DNA from: an uncultured Spartobacteria bacterium
GTDB taxonomy: Bacteria; Verrucomicrobiota; Verrucomicrobiia; Chthoniobacterales; JAATET01
DNA: 64,000 nucleotides
Direction of reading: 5' to 3'
NCBI GenBank assembly: GCA_938011325.1
Contig: CALLUD010000011.1
Location: 126,901 to 190,900 of the forward strand
Shown: positions 55,864 through 64,000 of the stretch, piece after piece
Layout: every line of letters starts with the position of its first letter
How positions within the stretch are numbered: position 1 is the stretch's first letter
The notes under the pieces: generated by a model
Database searches by the model: none
What the model was told of the DNA's origin: nothing
The model's input: the letters and a program-made list of their open reading frames with translations, nothing else
Translations under genes and position numbers: made by a program

Positions 55864-56919
55864 ATGCACGCCGCGCTTTCAGATTTTCCGCTGTTTCTCG
55901 CGCCGATGGCCGGGGTCACGAACACCGTGTTCCGCCGCATCTGCCGGAATCTCGGCGCGGACGTGCTGACGTCGGAGTTCGTCTCCGCCGAGGGCATCTT
56001 CCATCGCAACGAGCGGACCCGCGAATACCTCGACTTCGAGCCGGATGAACGCCCGGTGGGGGTTCAGCTTTTCGGAGCGAACCCCGACCACCTTGCCGAG
56101 GCCGCGCGTCAGGTTGTGGACTGGGTGAATCCGGACTTCATCGACCTGAACTTCGGATGCCCCGTGAACAAGGTCGTCTGCAAGCAGGGCGGCTCGGCGT
56201 TGTTGAAGGATTGCCCGTTGCTCGAGCGCGTTGCGGGGGCCGTCGTCAAGGCGGTGGCGCCACTGCCGGTCACCGCGAAGATTCGCATCGGCTGGAATGC
56301 CGCCACGATCAACGCCACGACCACGGCGCGCATTCTCGAGAACGTCGGCGTCCAGCGCATCGCCGTTCACGGCCGCACGAAGGAGCAGAGCTATTCCGGG
56401 AAGGCCGACTGGGACGTCATCGACCAGGTGGCGCGCACGGTGTCGATTCCGGTCATCGGCAATGGCGACATCACCTCGGCCGAGGATGCCCTTCGCCGGC
56501 GACACGAAACCGCCGTGGCCGGCTTGATGATTGGCCGCGCGGCGATGACGAACCCGTGGATCTTCACCGAAATCAAGGCCGCGATGGACGGCAGCTCCGG
56601 GCGCTTTCGTCCGCCCACGCTTGCCGATCGATGGACGCTCATCGTGGAGCATTGCCGGCGCGAGGTGATCCGCCGTGGCGACGAGCGCCGGGCAATGCAC
56701 GGCATGCGCGCCCGGCTGATGGCTTACAGCAAGGGAATGCCGAATGGCCGGCACCTTCGCGAGCGGCTCGCGCGCGTCGAATCCGTCGCGCAGGTCGAGG
56801 ACCTCGCCGCCGCCCATCTGGCCGACAGCGAGAGCACCGGCGACGCGGCTATTCTTCGGAATTCCTCGACGACACGCTGTTCAGCAGCGACTGCAGAAAC
56901 GCCTTCTCCTGGTCGGTAA
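55864..56919 (+). CDS. dus: tRNA-dihydrouridine synthase
   Basis: LAPMAGVTNTVFRRICR, DLNFGCPVNKV, VTAKIRIGW, AVHGRT, GNGDI. The 3' end overlaps the convergent next gene by about 70 nt. Confidence 0.9.
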   Translation: MHAALSDFPLFLAPMAGVTNTVFRRICRNLGADVLTSEFVSAEGIFHRNERTREYLDFEPDERPVGVQLFGANPDHLAEAARQVVDWVNPDFIDLNFGCPVNKVVCKQGGSALLKDCPLLERVAGAVVKAVAPLPVTAKIRIGWNAATINATTTARILENVGVQRIAVHGRTKEQSYSGKADWDVIDQVARTVSIPVIGNGDITSAEDALRRRHETAVAGLMIGRAAMTNPWIFTEIKAAMDGSSGRFRPPTLADRWTLIVEHCRREVIRRGDERRAMHGMRARLMAYSKGMPNGRHLRERLARVESVAQVEDLAAAHLADSESTGDAAILRNSSTTRCSAATAETPSPGR

Positions 56920-58372
56920 GCGAAGCGCTTTCGAGCACCTGCCGCGCATTGGCGGGGTCGTTGTCCACCAACCCCGAGAACGCCGACAACATCGCTTCGC
57001 GCCGGATTTCCGGATCCTGCACGCTGATGGCGCGTTCCCACGCCGGCTGCGGGCTGTCGAAGCTCAGCATGTCAACGATCGCGGCATTTGCCTGATCCCG
57101 GTCGCGACCGGCGGGCAGGGTATCCACCCAGCTCTGCGCCGCGTCAGCATTTCCCTCGTCGAGCCATCCACTGACGACACCAATCACCGCGCGCTCGCGA
57201 ACGGCCGGATCGGAAATCGCCTGCGCCTGTTTGGCTGCCTCCTCGGGGGAATTGTAGGCCCACGACTCGAAGATCCATTCCGCTGCCTCGTGATTCTGCG
57301 AATGTTTCGTCTGGAAATACTCGAACGCCGCCTTCGGATCGTTCTCCGCCCACCCGGCCAGCGCTCCGACGATTGCCTCGCTCTGCGCGGGTCCGGCCGG
57401 CAGCGCCTCCGCCCATTGCAGCGCCTGCGAAGGATTCACCAGTGCCAGCTCCTCGGCGATGGTGCTGCCCACGCTCTCGAGCAATGCCGGGTCGTTGATC
57501 TGCTGGATCTCGCGGGCCGCATCGGCCGGCGCGGATTCCGCCATCGCCCAAAGCACCTCCTCGACCGCCGTGCTCTGCTCATTTTTGTCGGTGAGTCCCT
57601 TTGCCCACTGCAGCGCCTCGTGGGGATTCGACTCCCCGAGCGCCGCGCCGATATTTGCGATCGCTTCAAGCTTCGCCGCGGGATCCGTCAATCCGCGCAC
57701 GATCTCCATCGCCTGCGGCAGCGACGAACGGGAAAGCTCGCCGGCAATCGTTGCGAGCGCGGCTTCCTGCGTCTCACCCAGCAGCGTCTGGCGCGCCCAG
57801 TTGAGCGCCTCCGGGGCATTCTGCTCCGCGTAGTAATCCGTCATCCAGAGCACGATCTCCTCGAGATCCTCGTCTTCGCCGGCCTCGGCGGCGAGCTTCG
57901 GCAGCGCCGAGACAAATCCCGGCACCAAAATCGGCCAGGCCTCCGCCCCGCCCGATTCGCTGGCCTCGAGGTCATCCAGATAATCGAGGAAGCTCGACTG
58001 GTCCTCGTTGAGCCACTTCACGAGAATCATCTCCACCACGCCGGCGCGCAGCGAGGCGTCCTGCAACGCGAGGGCCTGATTGAGCAGCGGCCCGAGACCG
58101 TCCACCGATGCCGAGCCAACCTCGGCGTTCCAATCCTCGATCGTGTTCAGCGGCTTCCCGGCGCTTACCGGACCGGATGTCGACTTCGTCTGCGCCGCAG
58201 TCGTCTGCCGGGGCGTGGCACCGGGTGAATCCGTGATCTCCTGCCTGGGCTCGGGGGAACCTCCAAGGAACAGGATGGCGCCTGCGACGACGCCGACGAG
58301 CCCTCCCACGCCGACGATGAGAAGCCAGGAAGGAACGCCGCCGGAAGATGCTGGTTGCTGATCTGCACTCAT
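56849..58372 (-). CDS. Membrane-anchored alpha-helical repeat protein (HEAT-like, about 63-aa period), function unknown
   Basis: N-terminal TM WLLIVGVGGLVGVVAGAILFL. Recurring units PEALNWARQTL..., PHEALQWAKGL..., PSQALQWAEAL..., ADAAQSWVDTL... Confidence 0.75.
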   Translation of the reverse strand: MSADQQPASSGGVPSWLLIVGVGGLVGVVAGAILFLGGSPEPRQEITDSPGATPRQTTAAQTKSTSGPVSAGKPLNTIEDWNAEVGSASVDGLGPLLNQALALQDASLRAGVVEMILVKWLNEDQSSFLDYLDDLEASESGGAEAWPILVPGFVSALPKLAAEAGEDEDLEEIVLWMTDYYAEQNAPEALNWARQTLLGETQEAALATIAGELSRSSLPQAMEIVRGLTDPAAKLEAIANIGAALGESNPHEALQWAKGLTDKNEQSTAVEEVLWAMAESAPADAAREIQQINDPALLESVGSTIAEELALVNPSQALQWAEALPAGPAQSEAIVGALAGWAENDPKAAFEYFQTKHSQNHEAAEWIFESWAYNSPEEAAKQAQAISDPAVRERAVIGVVSGWLDEGNADAAQSWVDTLPAGRDRDQANAAIVDMLSFDSPQPAWERAISVQDPEIRREAMLSAFSGLVDNDPANARQVLESASLTDQEKAFLQSLLNSVSSRNSEE

Positions 58373-58427
58373 GAAAAATTAGCTGGGGGCTTACCATGCC
58401 GCAGTCCCCGAAAATTGCCAACCGCGA

Positions 58428-59510
58428 TCAACGCAGATTCTCGATCACCCGCCGGATGTCCTCGAGCGTGACCGCCTGCGACACGAACGCACTCCCGAGC
58501 GCCTCCAGCAGCACGAAACGAATCTGACCGGCTTCGAATTTCTTGTCCTTCCCCATCGCGGCAATGATCGCGTCGGTCGAAAGATCGTCCGGAAGCCGCA
58601 CCGGCAGATCGAACTTCTCCAGCGCCTCGCGCACCCGCTCCGCGTCAGCCTCCGTGAGGCCCGCCTTCTCGACCGAGAGCGCAAGCGCCGCGCAGAGCCC
58701 GAGGCTGATCGCCTCGCCGTGGAGAAACCGCCCGTAGCCGGCGGACTGCTCGATCGCGTGCCCGATCGTGTGGCCGAAATTCAGGAGCGCCCGCTCGCCG
58801 GTCGTCTCGCGCTCGTCGGCGGCAACCACACGCGCCTTGATTCCCACATTGCGCGCAATCAGCGGGGCGAGATTCGTCCGCTCGCCCGGTCGCAATTCCT
58901 CCAGCATCTCCGGATCACGGATCGCCGCGTGCTTGATGATCTCGGCAAACCCTTCGTTGAACTCCCGGTCCGGCAGCGTCATGAGCGTCGCCGTATCCGC
59001 GATGACGAACTCCGGATGATGAAACGCGCCGATGAGATTTTTTCCGCCCGGCGCATTCACGCCCGTCTTTCCGCCCACCGAGCTGTCCACGAGCGACACG
59101 ACCGTCGTCGGCACCTGCACGTAGGGAATCCCGCGATAGTAAATCGCCGCGACAAACCCCGCGAGATCCCCCACCACGCCGCCGCCCAGCGCAATGAGCA
59201 GCGACTTGCGGTCAAACCCCGCCGCAATCATCCGATTGCACACGTCCGCCACGACCTCCATCCGCTTCGAGTTTTCACCCACCGGCACGGTGAACAGCTC
59301 CGGCTCGCAGCCCGCCTCCCGCAGCTTCTCCAGCAGCGACGTCGCATAAATGCCCGCCACCGTCTCGTCGCTGACCACCGCCACGCGCGGCGACTTCAAA
59401 AACGGGCGCAATCGATCGGCCAGCGTCGACAACAGGCCATCGCCCACCCACACGGTGTAGCCATTCCGCTCCAGCGGCACATCCACGGTCAGCATCCCGG
59501 TTTCGCTCAT
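58428..59510 (-). CDS. aroB: 3-dehydroquinate synthase
   Basis: ALGGGVVGDLAGFVAAIYYRGIPYVQVPTT, DSSVGGKTGVN, LNFGHTIGHAIE. Confidence 0.9.
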   Translation of the reverse strand: MSETGMLTVDVPLERNGYTVWVGDGLLSTLADRLRPFLKSPRVAVVSDETVAGIYATSLLEKLREAGCEPELFTVPVGENSKRMEVVADVCNRMIAAGFDRKSLLIALGGGVVGDLAGFVAAIYYRGIPYVQVPTTVVSLVDSSVGGKTGVNAPGGKNLIGAFHHPEFVIADTATLMTLPDREFNEGFAEIIKHAAIRDPEMLEELRPGERTNLAPLIARNVGIKARVVAADERETTGERALLNFGHTIGHAIEQSAGYGRFLHGEAISLGLCAALALSVEKAGLTEADAERVREALEKFDLPVRLPDDLSTDAIIAAMGKDKKFEAGQIRFVLLEALGSAFVSQAVTLEDIRRVIENLR

Positions 59511-59693
59511 GCGCCCAGCATTCTGACCCGGACCGCCGATGTCCATTCAAAGCCGCCGGAGCCTCCGGAACGGCGCCGGAAACCTCAACCGCTTGAATGC
59601 CTCATCCCCCGCCCTCGCGGAGACACTCACGGATGGCCTCCAGCTCGAGCACGGCGTGACGATCGCGCGGCAGGCCCATTGCCCGCTTCGCGT

Positions 59694-60074
59694 CTACCGC
59701 CCCAGTTGATTCGCGATCGCGGAGCGGTCGATGAGCGAGTGGACTTCGTGAATCTTCCCGTTCCGCAACGTGTAAAACACGTGTTCCGCGAAGGCGACGC
59801 GGCGACCGTTGACTTGCATGCCAAGGAATTCCCCGGTCGGCGTGCAGTCGAAGAAAAGCCGCGCGGCAACGAGATCGTCCGTCGCGGCGAGAAGCTCGAT
59901 CCGGAAAAACAGATCGGGAATCGCCGCGAAGTTCCCGGCGATCATCGCCTCGTAGTCCAGGCGCGAGAGCGCGCGGCCGTTGTAGGTCAGCTCCTCGTTG
60001 ACGAATTCCTCGAGCCCGGTGCGAGCATTCAGCGCATCGATGTAACGACGGTAGAAGGTCTCCTGAGCATTCAT
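59694..60074 (-). CDS. SnoaL-like / ester cyclase (NTF2-fold) protein
   Basis: FYRRYIDALN...DYEAMIAGNFAAIPDLFF...FYTLRNGKIHEVHSLID. Confidence 0.75.
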   Translation of the reverse strand: MNAQETFYRRYIDALNARTGLEEFVNEELTYNGRALSRLDYEAMIAGNFAAIPDLFFRIELLAATDDLVAARLFFDCTPTGEFLGMQVNGRRVAFAEHVFYTLRNGKIHEVHSLIDRSAIANQLGR

Positions 60075-60155
60075 CGCATGCGGTTCGCATCCGACCGCAC
60101 CAACGGCCGCAACGCCCCCGGGTCCGCCTGCTTCATGCCTTCCGTCTCCGGCGCC

Positions 60156-60896
60156 TCACACCTGCGTGACCCCGCCGTCAACCACGAGGTCGATACCGGT
60201 CACGTAGCTGCTGTCGTCGGAGGCGAGGAAGACCGCGGCCCTGGCAATTTCGTCCGGGGTGCCGACGCGGCCCAGCGGAATCTGCGGCAGCACCGCGCCG
60301 ATGACCCCGTCGTCGATTCCGAGCTTGTCGTAGGCCGGCGTGGGAATGAATCCCGGGCTCAGCGAGTTCACGCGAATCCGGCGTTCCTTGAGATCCGTCG
60401 TCCACGTCCGCGCAAACGATCGCACCGCCGCCTTGGACGCCGCGTAAACACTGAAGTTTGCCGGCCCCGTGGACCCCGCGATCGACGCGTTGAGAATAAT
60501 TGAGCCGCCGTCGGGTATCAGCGGCAGCGCCTTCTGCACCGTGAAGACGAGCCCTTTCACGTTGGTGCTGAACGTCCGGTCGAAATGCTCCTCGGTGATC
60601 TGCCCCAGCGGCACAAATTCCCCGCCGCCGGCGTTGGCAAACAACACGTCGACGCGCCCCTTCTCCTCCCGGACACGGTCGTAGAGCCGGTCGAGATCCG
60701 CGAGGTTCGCGACATCACTCTGCACACCGGTTACATTTCGGCCGATCGATTGCACCGCGGCGTTCAGCTCCTTTTCCCGCCGCCCCGTGATGAACACATA
60801 CGCGCCCTCTTCGACGAACCGCTTCGCCGTCGCGAGTCCGATCCCGCTGGTGCCACCGGTCACCACCGCCACCTTGCCTTCGAGTTTATTTCCCAT
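60156..60896 (-). CDS. SDR-family oxidoreductase
   Basis: [18 protein letters not shown], and the catalytic YAASKAA. Confidence 0.9.
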   Translation of the reverse strand: MGNKLEGKVAVVTGGTSGIGLATAKRFVEEGAYVFITGRREKELNAAVQSIGRNVTGVQSDVANLADLDRLYDRVREEKGRVDVLFANAGGGEFVPLGQITEEHFDRTFSTNVKGLVFTVQKALPLIPDGGSIILNASIAGSTGPANFSVYAASKAAVRSFARTWTTDLKERRIRVNSLSPGFIPTPAYDKLGIDDGVIGAVLPQIPLGRVGTPDEIARAAVFLASDDSSYVTGIDLVVDGGVTQV

Positions 60897-61059
60897 GCGT
60901 CACAGCTCGTCCAACTTCCCCGCCGGTCAACGCCGGAGGCTCTGACGCAATTGCATCACGATGCAGAAACGCCGGCTCAACAATCCGCCGACGCGGTGAT
61001 TCCACAGCACGCGAAGGCGCGAAAGCCTCCTCGCCGACGCGGCCCCCGGGCGCACTCAA

Positions 61060-61599
61060 CTAGTTTCCGCCGCGGCTCTGGGAAAAAAGCGAACTGGAAA
61101 AATGGAAGACGTTCGTTTCCTCAAACTCCACGTCGTAGATGCTTCGCGTTTCCGTGCGCGTGATGCGGTTGCGCTTCCACCGGATCACCCCATTGAGGGA
61201 ATAAGTGCCGTTGGCCGAGGTGGCCGAATAGCTGATCGCCCGTGCCTTCACGCGCGCCCGCCCGGTGAGGGTAATCACCCCCGGCGCTCCGCAACCGCAG
61301 ACCGACAGGAACGTCGTCTGCATCGTCAGCTTCCTCCCTTTCCTCACCCGCAGCACATCCCACGACGACACCGCAAAGCCCTCGCTCGAAGCGACCATCA
61401 TCGAAGAGCGAACCGTCCCCCGCGTTCCGGAGCGGAAGTCGTTGATGGTCTGCTGGATCGTCCCAAACATCGGCGGAAACAGCTCCGGACTCGCCTCGCT
61501 GGTCAGCGAGATCCGTCCGAAGGAATTTCCCCGGAATTGTGCCTGCGCTCCCAGGCAGGTGAACCACCCCAGCAAAACGACGAAGGCGAGCGTTTTCAT
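61060..61599 (-). CDS. Secreted hypothetical protein (179 aa)
   Basis: Signal peptide MKTLAFVVLLGWFTCLGAQA and GC-rich third codon positions. The opposite-strand ORF is Arg-rich junk. Confidence 0.65.
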   Translation of the reverse strand: MKTLAFVVLLGWFTCLGAQAQFRGNSFGRISLTSEASPELFPPMFGTIQQTINDFRSGTRGTVRSSMMVASSEGFAVSSWDVLRVRKGRKLTMQTTFLSVCGCGAPGVITLTGRARVKARAISYSATSANGTYSLNGVIRWKRNRITRTETRSIYDVEFEETNVFHFSSSLFSQSRGGN

Positions 61600-61903
61600 T
61601 CCACAAGCAAAGGGAAACCGTCGATTCGTGGCAAACCATATGCACCGAAACGTTGATGCCCCCGGAATCTCCGCGTGAAGACCAGCTGACGCGGCAATCG
61701 CCGGAGCGGCGCGTGTTGGCGAACCCGATCGGACCCGCGCGGGAATGTGGCAACCTTGCTCCCCCCCACACACACGATTCCGCCGCTTTCATTCGCCGAC
61801 GTATCTCCCTGCGTAAGGCAACTTGCAAGGCAGGAAAATTTTCACCACTCCCCCAATCGGCCCATTTACCGTCGGTTTCGGAACTGATACGCCGACGCCC
61901 GTC

Positions 61904-62492
61904 ATGAAGTTGTGCTCCCTGTTTTCCGTCCTGCCCTCCCCATTTTTCCGCCGGCTCGCCATCGTGCCTGCGGTGCTTCTGGGGGTTCTCTCCGCCCCCG
62001 CCAGGGGAGCACTCCTCGGCGACTACCCGCTTCAGGGCAACTTCGACAACGCGGTCCCTGGCCTGGATGCGCTCGTCCCGCATAGCGTCGGATCCGGATC
62101 CTCGTGGTCGTTCACGTCGGAAGGTTGGAGCTTCCAAAATGTCGCCGGCGTGGGGCAAACGGGACTGAGCCTCGAGATCCCCGCGACCCTCTCCACCTAT
62201 TCCGTCGGAATGGTGCTGCAGCTCTCCCACGTCACGGCCTACTCGAAGCTGCTCGATTTCAGCGGCCTCACCAGCGACACGGGCCTCTACGTCTACAACA
62301 ACGCACTCAACCTTTATGTCGGCGGGTCCTCGTCCGGAGGCAACATCGAGTCCAATACCACGTTCCCCGGCGGAAATTCCGAACGCCTTCCCCACGGCGG
62401 TCCCGGAACCCGGCGTCTGCGGTCTGTTGATGGCGACCGTGCTTGGCGGTGTGGCGCTGCGCCGCATCCGCAGGAACACCCGCAAGGCCTGA
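61904..62492 (+). pseudogene. PEP-CTERM protein with an apparent +1 frameshift separating the body from the sorting tail
   Basis: The body frame (signal peptide MKLCSLF...LGVLSAPARG, then YVYNNALNLYVGGSSSGGNIESNTTFPGG) continues to a stop at 62509 with falling GC3. The neighbouring frame from about 62370 reads AEIPNAFPTAVPEPGVCGLLMATVLGGVALRRIRRNTRKA and stops at 62492. Confidence 0.55.
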
Positions 62493-62547
62493 TCACCCGC
62501 AGCTCCTGAAGCAGATCAAGGAGCGCGCTTGCGCTCCTTCGTTTGCA

Positions 62548-63453
62548 CTATTTCGCAGCGAGGCGTGCGTGATCGACCGCGTTGCCCAGTGCATCGAGCA
62601 TCGCGCGCAACGCGGCCGAGGTTCTTCCACGCTGCCACACGACGAGGAAATCCCACTTCGCCGTCTCGTCCGCGAGTTCCACGCACACGATGCCGGGCGA
62701 GGGATGCCGCGGAAAATAGCCGGGCAGGATCGCCACCACGCCCTCGCTGTTGATCATGGAAAATCCCTCCGCGAGCGAATCCGGCGAGGGCACGAAGCGC
62801 GGACGGAATCCCGCGCGCCGGCAGAGCTGCGTCACCCATCGATCGCGGCCCGGCACGTCATGCTCCGGCGCGCTGAGAAATCCTTCGCCGCGCAGTTCCT
62901 TCAAACGAATCCTCCGCTTCCCCGCGAGCGGATGATCATCCGGCAGCGCCGCGACGACACGCAGCGTCGCGAGCTTGCGCGTGTAGAATTCCGACGCCGC
63001 AAAGCCGCCCTCCTGTCCCGTGATCGCGAGGTCGAGCTCTCCCTTGCGCAGTCCGTCGATCTGCTCGCCGGGCGTGAGGTCGAGCAGCTTCACCTTCACG
63101 CCGGGGTGCGACTTGCGCAGCGAGGCCAGCGCGGGATCGAGCAGGATTTGCCCAACGGAGCCGAGATAGCCGACGCGAATGAGATCGCGTTGTCCCCGCG
63201 CCAGACGCCGCGCCTCGGCAAGCGCCGCGTCGAAATCCGCCAGCACCCGCGGCAGCGAGGAGGCCAGCGCGTGGCCGACATCCGTCGGGCGCACGCCGCT
63301 CGTCGTGCGCTCCAGCAGCGGGCCGCCGATTTCGTGCTCCAGCGCCTGCACCTGACGGGAGAGCGCGGACTGCGACATGCGAAGTCGCGACGCCGCGCGG
63401 TTCAGGCTCCCCTCCTCCAGCGCGACCAGAAAGACCCGAAGCTGCGAGAGCAT
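62548..63453 (-). CDS. LysR-family transcriptional regulator
   Basis: N-terminal HTH (LRVFLVALEEGSLNRAASRLRMSQSALSRQVQALE) plus a substrate-binding domain. Confidence 0.9.
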   Translation of the reverse strand: MLSQLRVFLVALEEGSLNRAASRLRMSQSALSRQVQALEHEIGGPLLERTTSGVRPTDVGHALASSLPRVLADFDAALAEARRLARGQRDLIRVGYLGSVGQILLDPALASLRKSHPGVKVKLLDLTPGEQIDGLRKGELDLAITGQEGGFAASEFYTRKLATLRVVAALPDDHPLAGKRRIRLKELRGEGFLSAPEHDVPGRDRWVTQLCRRAGFRPRFVPSPDSLAEGFSMINSEGVVAILPGYFPRHPSPGIVCVELADETAKWDFLVVWQRGRTSAALRAMLDALGNAVDHARLAAK

Positions 63454-63463
63454 TCCCGGATGC

Positions 63464-63480
63464 TATGCACGAAACGCATA
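63464..63480. promoter_or_regulatory. Candidate LysR box (T-N11-A within the dyad TATGC-N7-GCATA)
   Basis: tatgcacgaaacgcata lies in the 99-nt divergent intergenic region between the lysR-family gene and the doxX-like gene. Confidence 0.4.
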
Positions 63481-63552
63481 ACGGCAATCGCAAACCGGCA
63501 TTAGCCGCGCCGCGCCAAAGGCCTAGGCTTTCTCCCAACAAAACGTGAACCA

Positions 63553-64000
63553 ATGAAAGTTCTCACCACACTTCTCAAAACGGATTCCTCCATCACCACG
63601 GCGCTCCTTCGCGTCACGCTCGGCGCCGTGTTCTTCCCGCACGGCGCGCAGAAGGCACTGGGCTGGTTCGGCGGCCATGGCTTCTCCGGCACCATGGGCT
63701 TCTTCACGAGCCAGATGGGCATTCCCGCCCTGTTTGCCTTCCTCGCCATCGCCGCGGAGTTCGCCGGCGCCATCGCGCTGATCCTCGGCGCTGGCACCCG
63801 CATCGCCGCGCTCGGCATCGCCTCCGTGATGGCCGTCGCCATCGCGACCGTCCACGGCCAGTTCGGCTTCTTCATGAACTGGACCGGCACGCAACAGGGC
63901 GAAGGCTTCGAGTATCACCTGCTCGCGCTTGCCATGGCGGTCACACTCGTGCTGCGCGGCGCCGGCGCGCTGTCCGTCGACGAAGTGCTCGCCCGCAAAC
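63553..64000 (+). CDS. DoxX-family membrane protein (3'-partial at the window end)
   Basis: My own translation: MKVLTTLLKTDSSITTALLRVTLGAVFFPHGAQKALGWFGGHGF...LVLRGAGALSVDEV. It is not in the ORF track because no stop falls inside the window. Confidence 0.85.
   Translation, partial: MKVLTTLLKTDSSITTALLRVTLGAVFFPHGAQKALGWFGGHGFSGTMGFFTSQMGIPALFAFLAIAAEFAGAIALILGAGTRIAALGIASVMAVAIATVHGQFGFFMNWTGTQQGEGFEYHLLALAMAVTLVLRGAGALSVDEVLARK

Noticed and set aside
59547-59693. A tail of ORF 59602-60090 reading ...AVLELEAIRECLREGGG, which briefly resembled a Fis-type HTH fragment
   Set aside because: The order of elements does not match a Fis HTH. The ORF otherwise overlaps the SnoaL-like gene out of frame. 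This is likely chance.
58719-60503. 594-aa plus-strand ORF
   Set aside because: It is antisense to aroB, the SnoaL-like gene and the SDR gene.
1-64000. Search by eye for tRNA, rRNA, CRISPR arrays, IS elements, integrases and prophage genes
   Set aside because: No T-loop-like GGTTCGAATCC-type motifs occur outside CDSs. No rRNA-like segments or spaced identical repeats were seen. No transposase or integrase motifs appear in any frame. A tRNAscan/Infernal run would be needed to be definitive.

Overview
High-GC bacterial chromosomal segment (GC judged by eye, not computed) with about 70 protein-coding genes. Most are tightly packed, and many adjacent genes overlap by 1-4 nt at stop/start. I found no rRNA, tRNA, CRISPR array, transposase or integrase. 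The content points to a diderm organism: LptE, LptF/G, BamD-like, MtgA, PBP2, RodA and an AmiC-like amidase. PEP-CTERM sorting tails, an autotransporter-associated beta-strand-repeat protein, a type II glutamine synthetase and futalosine-pathway MqnC suggest a Verrucomicrobiota/Opitutaceae-like genome; this is inference only. Most genes are housekeeping: thrS, infC, rpoA, rplQ, pgi, pfkA, aroB, purU, apt, nadK, tlyA, rsmI, tsaB/tsaE and dus. The accessory content is plant-polysaccharide degradation: a GH30, a GH5 with a PEP-CTERM tail, and a 1255-aa secreted protein reading AA10 LPMO - CBM2 - CBM2 - Calx-beta - GH9 - CBM3c. That large gene is transcribed divergently from a LytS/LytTR two-component pair and is the most unusual object in the window. 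Other points worth a second look: a decayed 62-65 nt copy of the purU 5' end that brackets a PEP-CTERM gene; a PEP-CTERM gene whose sorting tail is out of frame; a PP2C phosphatase overlapping a 132-aa minimal kinase-like ORF; a sigma-54-type promoter ahead of glnII; a VapBC module; a CPA2 antiporter fused to a cNMP-binding domain; and a ThrRS lacking the TGS domain. Many very long ORFs in the six-frame track are stop-free antisense frames typical of GC-rich DNA and were rejected. Every family assignment is by-eye motif recognition; no searches were run.
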